IMG/VR virus record: IMGVR_UViG_3300030042_000002
Length of the DNA stretch: 42,078 nucleotides
Reading direction: 5' to 3' (one strand)
Origin: a virus
The stretch's first letter is position 1. Each line of letters begins with the position of its first letter. Below are positions 10,722 to 17,825 of this stretch, one piece after another. A program made the translations under genes and the position numbers. Below the pieces are notes generated by a model that was not told where the DNA came from, did not search any database, and worked only from the letters and a program-made list of their open reading frames with translations.

Positions 10722-11891
10722 TTACGGGCTTGAGTAGTCTGAAAGATAAGCGCGCCAGTATATTTGGCTCGAAACTGTTACAATGGTTGTTTCAGTGATA
10801 ACAGTTGGTGCTCCTGGCCCAATTATGAATCCTTGGCTTGTGTTATTCACAAATGCGCCTTGGATTGCTGGACCGTTGATCGTAGGAGTTGCACCTGGTG
10901 TGTTGCTACCATAAATATTTGGAGCTGGGTATAGCGCTCCGCCTGTATATGGCCATCCACCACTATTAATATCTCCAGCTGCAAATACCTGTGCAAATTT
11001 CAATCCTGGGAATGAAAGAAACGTAGGGTTAGCCACTGAAAATGCAGTGATTGCAGGTGTATAGTTAAATGTAAAACTTGTTGGTGTCGGTGTTGACACA
11101 ACATAGAAATACTGTGGTGATGCAGGAATAGTCACATTAGGAAGTTCATTGAGCTGTTGTGCTCCATAAATTGATGGAATCCTAAATGCAATTTCTTGTC
11201 CTACTACAAAGTTGTGCGCTGCTGTTGTATTAACAGTAACGACACCACCAGTTTGAGTGATTGTCCAAGGAAATGCTACACCTGGCTCATAAAGAGTTGG
11301 GTATAGAATCTGCTTGAATGATGCCAATGTATTCAAACCACCAGTTGTAATAGCAGTTAAATTAGCTGCATTACCTACCCAACCGATTGTAAAGGTTGTA
11401 GTTGAACCTACTGTCAAAACTTCAAAAGGAATGCCAGCTAATGTCTGCATACCTGTAGAAGCTGTTTGATAAAGATTTTGGAAAGTAACCCAGTTTCCAG
11501 GTACAAGTCCGTGTACTGCTGTTGTAGTTACTGTCAAAGTTGTGGAATTTGTTTTAGCAATACCACCTGAACCACCTAGTAAAAAGGTAGGTCCATATTG
11601 AAGCAACTGACCAGCAGAAAAAGAACTAATCCCATTAGATTGGATTACGTCAAAAATTGTTGCAGTCCCAGAGCTATAACCTTCAACCATAGTTGCGTTA
11701 TTGCCTGTAGAAGCATCAAGAAGACGGTTATCCCACCAAGCTCTTGTCAAAAGACTAGCGCCGGATGTTTTAATATTAGTGTAATTCCAAATCTCAACAA
11801 AGTCAGGTTGAAACGGTAAATTAATAACCGCTGCTGTCTGACTAGCCCCTGCTGTGAAATTACCTTTTGCAATTCTTGAATATTCAGCCAT
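10722..11891 (-). CDS. Abundant-type structural protein directly after the capsid gene (possible decoration protein)
   Basis: 389-aa ORF with an AGGAGG SD. Two internal repeats: TAVHGLVPGNWVTF and TAAHNFVVGQEIAF. Confidence 0.7.
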   Translation of the reverse strand: MAEYSRIAKGNFTAGASQTAAVINLPFQPDFVEIWNYTNIKTSGASLLTRAWWDNRLLDASTGNNATMVEGYSSGTATIFDVIQSNGISSFSAGQLLQYGPTFLLGGSGGIAKTNSTTLTVTTTAVHGLVPGNWVTFQNLYQTASTGMQTLAGIPFEVLTVGSTTTFTIGWVGNAANLTAITTGGLNTLASFKQILYPTLYEPGVAFPWTITQTGGVVTVNTTAAHNFVVGQEIAFRIPSIYGAQQLNELPNVTIPASPQYFYVVSTPTPTSFTFNYTPAITAFSVANPTFLSFPGLKFAQVFAAGDINSGGWPYTGGALYPAPNIYGSNTPGATPTINGPAIQGAFVNNTSQGFIIGPGAPTVITETTIVTVSSQIYWRAYLSDYSSP

Positions 11892-11902
11892 GATAAAGCC
11901 TC

Positions 11903-12457
11903 CTAGTAGTTAATTCCACTCAGACGAGTAGAAAGTACGTTCCGGATCGCTGTATCTTGTGTCAAAGCTTGCGCTTGAGCGAACTTAACCGCTAAAGTAG
12001 CATTTTGCGCCAACATACCTGAATAGTATGGATCACGATAAATCAAGTTCATGGAATAACCATCTTGATTAATGTGTGTGATCGCTTGCTTTCCACAAAC
12101 CGTATTGTAATATACGTCTTGACCATTTGCCGAAGCACCGCGAGCTACTGGAGCCTCGGAGCTTGTCAGAATGCGCAAGTTATATACTGAACCCCATTCG
12201 CTCGGCAACGCGCTGGTATTATTTGGATAATTCCAGTTGTTGAATACCCCTTGACCAGTTAATGCGTCAAAATCTGACTGCAATTCAGTCGAAGAAAGCA
12301 TAAAATAGGAACTACGAATAGGCCCCGTGCCGAAGCGATCCATGCCTTCGATACCTGACATGAACTTGTAGGCGTTATTTGAGTCTAGAGTAGTAGCTAC
12401 AAGGCTAAAATCTGCTAGTCCCAAATTTGTTGGATTGTCCGTTCTATTACTTATTGA
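11903..12457 (-). CDS. Major capsid protein, exon 3
   Basis: The frame is open from 12457 (SISNRTDNPTNLGLADF...) to the stop at 11903. It follows the predicted 3' splice site after UUAAG. Confidence 0.65.
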   Translation of the reverse strand, partial: SISNRTDNPTNLGLADFSLVATTLDSNNAYKFMSGIEGMDRFGTGPIRSSYFMLSSTELQSDFDALTGQGVFNNWNYPNNTSALPSEWGSVYNLRILTSSEAPVARGASANGQDVYYNTVCGKQAITHINQDGYSMNLIYRDPYYSGMLAQNATLAVKFAQAQALTQDTAIRNVLSTRLSGINY

Positions 12458-12482
12458 CTTAAATAACCCTACAAACTACAAT
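12454..12482 (+). promoter_or_regulatory. Near-consensus sigma70-type promoter for the LAGLIDADG gene
   Basis: TTGACT (12454-12459), 17-nt spacer, TACAAT (12477-12482). The ATG is 7 nt after the -10 and has no SD. Confidence 0.5.
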
Positions 12483-13601
12483 ATGTAGCATGTACAATTC
12501 TACCGATCTTGCCTACACAGCTGGTTATATTGACGGAGATGGATGCTTTCACCTTAGAAAACAAGTTTTTAAAGGGAATAAGCGTCCTAAATATTCCGCC
12601 AAACTGATTATTTCTTCTGTTAATCCCGACGTTCTCCATTGGTTTAAGAAAACCTTTGGAGGTGTTGTTCGAGAAGTCAAAAGAAAATCTCTGCCCGACG
12701 GACATAAACGTCAGTACCATTTTATATTTGATAATAAGTCTTTCAAAGATTTTTCTACCGAGTTGACCAATATTTATTTGGTTGAGAAACGTGTAGAATC
12801 TGCTTGGTTTAGTAATTTTCTTTGCTGCAAATTTATTGAGGACAAAGAAAGTTGTATTGATGAACTTCAAAAAGAAAAGCATAAATTTGGTCTTGTACTG
12901 CCTTCTCAAAAGATAGAATTTGAAGATAGGAGAAACACTATCAAATTTACCGAATTGGATCTTGCCTACCTTGCTGGTTTTATTGATGCTGAATGCTGTC
13001 TCGGCATTCAACGTTACAAACCAAAAAAAAGACCTAATCACACTTATAAAATTCAACTTCAATGCAATAATACTAAATATCCATTCTTTAAATGGGCTCT
13101 TGAAAGATTTGGAGGGCAAATTCACTTTATAGAAAGACAAAAATCTATGGGACAAAGAGATCAACTTTGCTGGCGTCTCTCTGCTAAAGCTCTTCTGCCA
13201 ATTCTTAAAGGAATTCAACCTTATATCAAACATAAACTTCCAGTTTGTGAGGAACTTATTAAATTCTACAAAACAACTGTTCCTCTCAAAAATACGATAA
13301 GTAGAAATAGTCCGCATTTCGCAGAATATTACCGTCCTATCCTTGAAGAGAGAGAGAGCATTTTTCATAAAATCCAAATCCTAAACAAAAAAGGTATTTA
13401 ATTTAAGCGGGTCGGTCTTCTCAGCCGACCTCTCTATGTTTCCATAGAGTCTAGAGCACCGCATCACACTTTCGTGTGTCTTTCCGCTTGCTACGTTCAC
13501 GCTGCAAGAGCATATTGCTCAGCTTGCGCCTTGTTGTCTTCACCATTACGTGGTAAGAGTTTCAAGTCCATCAGGAAAGATTTTACAACGGCAATAAGTC
13601 T
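12458..13601 (-). mobile_element. Group I-like intron 2 of the capsid gene (1144 nt), carrying an antisense LAGLIDADG gene
   Basis: IGS GCCGUU (13592-13587) pairs with the exon 2 end AACGGU. ACUUAUU pairs with exon 3 AAUAAGU. GAAA-capped hairpins lie at 13432-13449 and 13465-13478. The core is shared with intron 1, and the intron ends UUAAG. Confidence 0.65.
12490..13401 (+). CDS. Double-motif LAGLIDADG homing endonuclease
   Basis: 303 aa with LAYTAGYIDGDGCF near the N-terminus and LAYLAGFIDAECCL mid-protein. Confidence 0.85.
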   Translation: MYNSTDLAYTAGYIDGDGCFHLRKQVFKGNKRPKYSAKLIISSVNPDVLHWFKKTFGGVVREVKRKSLPDGHKRQYHFIFDNKSFKDFSTELTNIYLVEKRVESAWFSNFLCCKFIEDKESCIDELQKEKHKFGLVLPSQKIEFEDRRNTIKFTELDLAYLAGFIDAECCLGIQRYKPKKRPNHTYKIQLQCNNTKYPFFKWALERFGGQIHFIERQKSMGQRDQLCWRLSAKALLPILKGIQPYIKHKLPVCEELIKFYKTTVPLKNTISRNSPHFAEYYRPILEERESIFHKIQILNKKGI

Positions 13602-13947
13602 ACCGTTGGACCCCGCACCTGCCATAAGCTGGCTTGCAGCAGAAACGATATAATCGCGCAAAATCAAATCTTCAGCTTGCCTCATGGCAACTGCTAAACG
13701 CTCTGACACCCACGCTAAAACACCTTCTTGGTCTTGTAATATCACTTGTTCGTTGATGATACAACCTGTGCCAAAGAAAGCCATCTGAGCATCGATAATA
13801 TCGCGCTGTGGGACCTGTGCAGGAGGGTCAATACCGCTGTTACCTAATTGTACGGTAGGCGGTTGTAGTGCGCGTGGGCGCATAAAGCGACATGTAGTTC
13901 CGCCATTTGCAGGCATACTAATTTTGTCACAAATCGTAATATAATTC
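13602..13947 (-). CDS. Major capsid protein, exon 2
   Basis: (M)NYITICDKISMPANGGTTCRFMRPRALQPP...AGAGSNG, in frame with exons 1 and 3 under the P1/P10 model. Confidence 0.65.
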
Positions 13948-14196
13948 CTTAATGTTAAGTTACTTACGTAACTGCCTAGTCATTTCTGCTAGACTCTCTA
14001 TGTTTCCATAGAGTTCAGAGCACCGCATCAACTTATTTAAGCTGTCTCTTCGCTTGCTACGTTCACGCTGCACAGTTTCCTTGCTTGCGCCTTGTTGCCT
14101 TCAACTTCACTTGGTCAGGGTTTCAAGTCCATCAGAAGAGATTTTACAACCACAAATTACTTGCACATAAAACATAGATGCAATATAGTTAGGCAT
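13948..14196 (-). ncRNA. Group I-like intron 1 of the capsid gene (249 nt, no ORF)
   Basis: IGS UAAUUUGUGGUU (14159-14148) is complementary to the ligated junction AACCAU|GAAUUA. A GAAA hairpin lies at 13996-14013 and a GUAA hairpin at 13958-13973. The intron ends UUAAG. Confidence 0.65.
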
Positions 14197-14282
14197 ATGG
14201 TTGGGGTTGGAACATATAACATAGCCGGCGCAAGTGATTGCAGGATAAGTGGTCCCAAATTCCCTGTAGTCGTAATCGACAT
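14197..14282 (-). CDS. Major capsid protein, exon 1
   Basis: The ATG at 14282 is preceded by GAGGT. Sequence MSITTTGNLGPLILQSLAPAMLYVPTPT plus 2 nt. An in-frame stop 41 nt downstream of the predicted splice site ends any unspliced reading. Confidence 0.65.
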
Positions 14283-14442
14283 TATTACCTCGAAATTGAG
14301 GTTCTTATGATGTGGTGAACCGCGGACGAACGTACTACGTCCATTCTCATTCACATCTTGATGAAAGGTGCGATACTTTCTAACGCGACAACTATTAACG
14401 TATAGCTAAACGAAATTTTAATTTAACACATAAAGGTTTTAT

Positions 14443-15105
14443 ATGGCACCAAAAAAAACACATGGAATGTCTTATACAGAAGAATACGCATGTTGGAGAT
14501 CTTTGAAAAATAGATGTCTTAATGCAAAAAACGCCCAGTATAAAGATTATGGAGGCCGAGGTATTACAATTTGTGAAAGATGGTTAAAATTTGAGAATTT
14601 CTTCGAGGATATGGGTAATCGTCCTAAAGATTGTGAAATTGATCGCATCAATAATGAACAGGGTTATTGCAAAGAAAATTGTCGATGGACAACTAAAAAG
14701 GTGAATGCTCGAAATAGGCGTTCTACTAAAAAACACAAAGTTGACACAAGTGAACTTGTTCAACAAGAACTTTTGGAAAAGATAGGCTGGACAAAGAATC
14801 AATTCCGATGGTTTTTTAAACGTTATGGCATTGAATGGATATTAGACAATTTTAAAAAGGGAACATTGCCAGAAAAATCAAACATTTCAGTAGATAAAGA
14901 TGAGGTTATAGGAAAACAGTTTGGTAAATGGTTTGTGTTAAACTTTATTTCCTACATTCGAGGTGAAGGTAATAGATATTTATGTCGTTGTGAATGCGGT
15001 TTTGAAAAGGAAGTTGTGGGCTATTATTTGCGATCAGGAAAAAGTACAGGATGCCGTCGATGTGCATATAAGAACCAGGTAAATAAACCCATGCCAAAGA
15101 AGTAA
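14443..15105 (+). CDS. Phage DNA-binding / homing-endonuclease-like protein (YGGRGI...CERW...DRINN...NCRW family) with a C-terminal Cys4 ribbon
   Basis: 220 aa. Motifs YACWRSLKNRC, YGGRGITICERW, IDRINNEQGYCKENCRWTT, CRCECG...CRRC. Confidence 0.6.
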   Translation: MAPKKTHGMSYTEEYACWRSLKNRCLNAKNAQYKDYGGRGITICERWLKFENFFEDMGNRPKDCEIDRINNEQGYCKENCRWTTKKVNARNRRSTKKHKVDTSELVQQELLEKIGWTKNQFRWFFKRYGIEWILDNFKKGTLPEKSNISVDKDEVIGKQFGKWFVLNFISYIRGEGNRYLCRCECGFEKEVVGYYLRSGKSTGCRRCAYKNQVNKPMPKK

Positions 15106-15130
15106 TCTACTATCAACACATTTCTTTTCT

Positions 15131-15158
15131 TTAACATAAAGTTATAAAATGTTATCAT
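15131..15158 (+). promoter_or_regulatory. Candidate promoter for the Y-RNA array
   Basis: TTAACA, 16-nt spacer, TATCAT, ending 13 nt before module 1. Confidence 0.3.
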
Positions 15159-15171
15159 CTTCACTTAGCTT

Positions 15172-15306
15172 GCTTGCCGTAGATAAGAGTTACTTCGACT
15201 TGTAATCGAGCGGTCATTGGTTCGAGTCCAATATAATGCAGGGTTAGTCCTTGGATTGTTAGCTCAGTTGGTAGAGCGCTAAATTTCTCTTGTCGTTTGT
15301 TGCAGT
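15172..15306 (+). ncRNA. Y-RNA-like module 1 (YrlA-like, with tRNA-like domain)
   Basis: Lower stem GCT[T]GC/GCAGT and helix GATAAGAG/CTCTTGTC. T-arm at 15216-15232 (loop TTCGAGT), a closed hairpin, then D-arm GCTC-AGTTGGTA-GAGC at 15262-15277. Confidence 0.65.
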
Positions 15307-15320
15307 AAGTTAACTTGTTT

Positions 15321-15424
15321 TGCTTGGCGTAGAATTGAGATACTTGGTGACATTGCTGTAAAAGGCAATGTCGGTTCGAATCCGATAGCCCGAAAGGGTG
15401 AAACTCAATTCGTTTGTTCCTGCA
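15321..15424 (+). ncRNA. Y-RNA-like module 2 (partial tRNA mimic)
   Basis: Helix GAATTGAG/CTCAATTC. An 8-bp hairpin GACATTGC/GCAATGTC, a T-arm at 15370-15386 (TTCGAAT) and a GAAA-capped hairpin at 15388-15399. No D-arm. Confidence 0.55.
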
Positions 15425-15430
15425 TATTAT

Positions 15431-15503
15431 CGCGCGATAGAGCAGTGGTTAGCTCATTTGGCTCATAATCAAAAGGTCGAAGGTTCGAATCCTTCTCGCG
15501 CTA
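15431..15503 (+). tRNA. tRNA with CAT anticodon (Met or Ile2), embedded in the Y-RNA array
   Basis: Cloverleaf with D-arm GAGC/GCTC, anticodon loop CTCATAA and T-arm GAAGG-TTCGAAT-CCTTC. The acceptor has a C1-U72 mismatch. No encoded CCA. Confidence 0.8.
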
Positions 15504-15508
15504 TTTGT

Positions 15509-15623
15509 CCTTGCCGTAGTTGAGGGTTACTTTGAGTAACATCATATATAAGTTCGAATCTTATTAGATTCTTCGGAATCTATAGGCTAATTGGTAAGCC
15601 AGCCCCTTAATGATTGTTGCAGG
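15509..15623 (+). ncRNA. Y-RNA-like module 3 (YrlA-like, with tRNA-like domain)
   Basis: Lower stem CCT[T]GC/GCAGG and helix GTTGAGGG/CCCTTAAT. T-arm at 15548-15564, a 7-bp UUCG-capped hairpin at 15565-15582 and a D-arm at 15585-15600. Confidence 0.65.
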
Positions 15624-15634
15624 ACTTTTACTTT

Positions 15635-15752
15635 GTCCGTGTTGGATGATGACGGTTACTTAGTGGTGACTTTCAGTTACCGAGTGCAAGCCTAAAGCTT
15701 GCACCTCGCGCCATATGCGAGGTCTAATACCCGTTATTAAATGTTACCGGAC
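15635..15752 (+). ncRNA. Y-RNA-like module 4 (no tRNA mimic)
   Basis: Lower stem GTCCG/CGGAC and helix GATGACGG/CCGTTATT. The interior folds into three unrelated hairpins. Confidence 0.5.
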
Positions 15753-15761
15753 TTTTGTTTT

Positions 15762-15890
15762 GCCTATGTTGTAGATAAGAGTTACTTAGCTTGCAAAGCC
15801 CCGGATCATGGGTTCAAATCCCATCGCCCTTTCGAGGGTGTAGCTTAGTGTTTAAAGCGGGGACCGTTCTCTTATCGTTTGTTACTAGGC
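15762..15890 (+). ncRNA. Y-RNA-like module 5 (YrlA-like, with tRNA-like domain)
   Basis: Lower stem GCCTA/TAGGC and helix GATAAGAG/CTCTTATC. T-arm at 15808-15824, a UUCG-capped hairpin at 15825-15840 and a D-arm at 15843-15858. Closing helix CCCC/GGGG. Confidence 0.65.
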
Positions 15891-15904
15891 TTTTTGTTTC
15901 TTAA

Positions 15905-15970
15905 CCTTAGTGTAGATTGCAGTTACTTTGATTTGCATTCAAAAACATACCTGCGATCGTTTGTTCTAGG
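15905..15970 (+). ncRNA. Y-RNA-like module 6 (minimal stem module overlapping the rsr ribosome-binding site)
   Basis: Lower stem CCT[T]AG/CTAGG and helix GATTGCAG/CTGCGATC with a simple loop. The 3' strand CTAGG overlaps the SD AGGTGA of the Ro60 gene. Confidence 0.5.
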
Positions 15971-15977
15971 TGATTTT

Positions 15978-17312
15978 ATGAAAGTTAATGTTCAAAAGAG
16001 TGTTTTCACTCATCAAGGCGGAAAGGCTGTAGAAGTCAACGCCTACGAGCGCTTAAAGCGTACTATCATGGCTTGCATGCTTTTTGAAGATAATTTTTAC
16101 GAGGAAGGCGTTAAGGCGGCTGATAGAATTGCAGAATTATCAAAGCAATGTACTACAGATCAAATATGTACTTTAGCCTTAGAAGCCGCCACAAAATATC
16201 ATCTTAGGCATATTCCTTTACAAATGATTGTCGAAGCATTAGCGAAGAGAGATCATGGTAATGGAACACATATTATTTCAAATATAATTAATAAAATCAT
16301 CACTCGCCCTGACATGATGACCGACCTTTTAGCTTTGTATTGGAAATCAGGGAAAAAACCTCTTTCAAATCAACTTAAACGCGGCCTAGCAAAGGCATTT
16401 ACTAAATTCGATGAATACCAGTTATCTAAGTATAACCGTGATAATCCTATCAAATTGCGCGATGTCCTTTTTCTTTGCCACGCCAAACCTAAAGATGCAG
16501 ATCAAGCCGAATTATGGAAGCGCTTAATCAATAAAACGCTTAAGACTGCCGACACTTGGGAAACTCGTTTGTCTGCTGGAGAAGATAAGAAAGAATCGTT
16601 CCAAGAACTGCTTTTTAAAGGTAAAATGGGCAAACTTGCAATTCTTCGCAATATGCGGAATATGCAGCAAGCGGGTATCGCTAAAGAAGCCGTCGCGTTT
16701 GAACTTATGCGTAATATGAAAGAAATGTTACCTTTTCAATATCTTGCCGCTGCTCGAGAATGCCCTCAATGGGAAGATATCATAGATCCTGCAATGGTGG
16801 CTTCTGCTTCGTTTAAACCTAAGATTGAAGGCAAAACATTCATCCTTGTTGATGTATCCGGTAGTATGGTTTATCCTTTATCTGCTAAGTCTACTATGAC
16901 ACGTATGGATGCGGCCGCAGGATTAGCAATCTTACTACGCGAGTGCTGTAATGATTGCGAATTCTACACTTTTAGTGAAAGATTTGTGCCAATTCCTAAG
17001 CGTCACGGAATGGGATTACGTGATGTAATTAAATCATCTCAACCTAATCAAGGTACATATTTAGGCAATGCACTTAATCACATCATCAAATCAGGTGCTA
17101 AGTGGGATCGTCTTATCGTCATTACCGATGAACAGACAGCCGACAACATTCCTAATATGCCCATGGGTAAAAATTACATCCTTAACATTGGCAACTATCA
17201 AAATGGCATTGGAAATAAGAACCAATGGACGACTATTTCAGGGTTTAGTGAGGCATCAATAGATTTTATCAGGGAATATGAAGCAAGCACAGAAGCCAAA
17301 AAAGAAGATTAA
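15978..17312 (+). CDS. rsr: Ro60/Rsr orthologue (TROVE domain + vWA domain)
   Basis: MKVNVQKSVFTHQGGKAVEV start after the SD AGGTGA. TROVE-like motifs (KYNRDNPIKLRDVLFLCHAKP, ADTWETRLS, LAILRNMRNM) and a vWA MIDAS motif ILVDVSGSM. The track's TTG extension to 15879 overlaps the RNA modules and was not used. Confidence 0.85.
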   Translation: MKVNVQKSVFTHQGGKAVEVNAYERLKRTIMACMLFEDNFYEEGVKAADRIAELSKQCTTDQICTLALEAATKYHLRHIPLQMIVEALAKRDHGNGTHIISNIINKIITRPDMMTDLLALYWKSGKKPLSNQLKRGLAKAFTKFDEYQLSKYNRDNPIKLRDVLFLCHAKPKDADQAELWKRLINKTLKTADTWETRLSAGEDKKESFQELLFKGKMGKLAILRNMRNMQQAGIAKEAVAFELMRNMKEMLPFQYLAAARECPQWEDIIDPAMVASASFKPKIEGKTFILVDVSGSMVYPLSAKSTMTRMDAAAGLAILLRECCNDCEFYTFSERFVPIPKRHGMGLRDVIKSSQPNQGTYLGNALNHIIKSGAKWDRLIVITDEQTADNIPNMPMGKNYILNIGNYQNGIGNKNQWTTISGFSEASIDFIREYEASTEAKKED

Positions 17313-17730
17313 TCTCCCTGCCGATACTGAAGGATTACCAGTTGCACCATTGGGTCTTAAAGAAAGAAAAGCCGATATTACCTCGGAAATTAAACTCTTT
17401 CTGCAAGAACCAATTACACTTGAATCGATAAAATATATTCTTTTACGTCTTTCTGGTCCTATCACTCACTATAAATATATTAAATCTAAAGTTGCCATAG
17501 CTGCCCTAAAATCAAGAATATCAACTTATGATAAATATGATTTCATAGTTGCTGTAGAGATTGGTGATTATACATATAAATATTATGTAGATAGTATGGA
17601 ATTTTACAAATTAGGTTGGTTTTCGCAAAAGGATTTAGGAAAGTCTTCTTTAAAGAAGGAACTTGGCTGGATTATTTTTCGGTGGCTTAGTAGTAATTTA
17701 GAAAAATGTCAAATCATAGAGGCAAAATGA
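17278..17730 (+). CDS. Hypothetical protein coupled to rsr
   Basis: 150-aa ORF overlapping the rsr 3' end by 35 nt. No motif recognised. Confidence 0.5.
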   Translation: MKQAQKPKKKINLPADTEGLPVAPLGLKERKADITSEIKLFLQEPITLESIKYILLRLSGPITHYKYIKSKVAIAALKSRISTYDKYDFIVAVEIGDYTYKYYVDSMEFYKLGWFSQKDLGKSSLKKELGWIIFRWLSSNLEKCQIIEAK

Positions 17731-17749
17731 ATAAATTAGCACTTGAATC

Positions 17750-17822
17750 GCCCGTTTAACTCAGTGGCTAGAGTAGTGGTTTTGTAAACCAAAGGTCAGG
17801 GGTTCGAATCCCTTAACGGGCA
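17750..17822 (+). tRNA. tRNA-Thr (TGT)
   Basis: Acceptor GCCCGTT/AACGGGC, anticodon loop TTTGTAA, T-arm AGGGG-TTCGAAT-CCCTT. Confidence 0.85.
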
Positions 17823-17825
17823 TAT

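Noticed and set aside
12469-13377. 302-aa minus-strand ORF covering the same DNA as the LAGLIDADG gene
   Set aside because: It is a low-complexity F/K/I-rich shadow frame with no motif. The plus-strand frame carries two clear LAGLIDADG motifs. The ORF also lies entirely inside the predicted intron.
12425-14196. Intein interpretation of the capsid interruptions
   Set aside because: The intervening sequences contain in-frame stops on the capsid strand. The LAGLIDADG ORF is on the opposite strand. No Hint-domain block motifs are visible.
13497-14354. Track ORFs 13497..13916 and 14157..14354 read as separate small genes
   Set aside because: Their capsid-like parts are better explained as exons. 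The tails (AVVKSFLMDLKLLPRNGEDNKAQAEQYALAA and ICLTILHLCFMCK) are read-through into the conserved intron core. The first 24 codons of the 65-aa ORF precede the SD-linked ATG at 14282.
15172-15970. CRISPR array or tandem array of ordinary or permuted tRNA genes
   Set aside because: The repeats are only motif-level similar, with covarying helices rather than identical direct repeats separated by spacers. The T-arm to closed-hairpin to D-arm order lacks an anticodon arm and free acceptor ends. Only 15431-15503 folds as a normal tRNA.
15879-15977. TTG-initiated N-terminal extension of the Ro60 ORF
   Set aside because: The extension overlaps Y-like modules 5 and 6, is hydrophobic nonsense-like sequence (MLLGFLFLNLSVDCSYF), and the ATG at 15978 has a proper SD.
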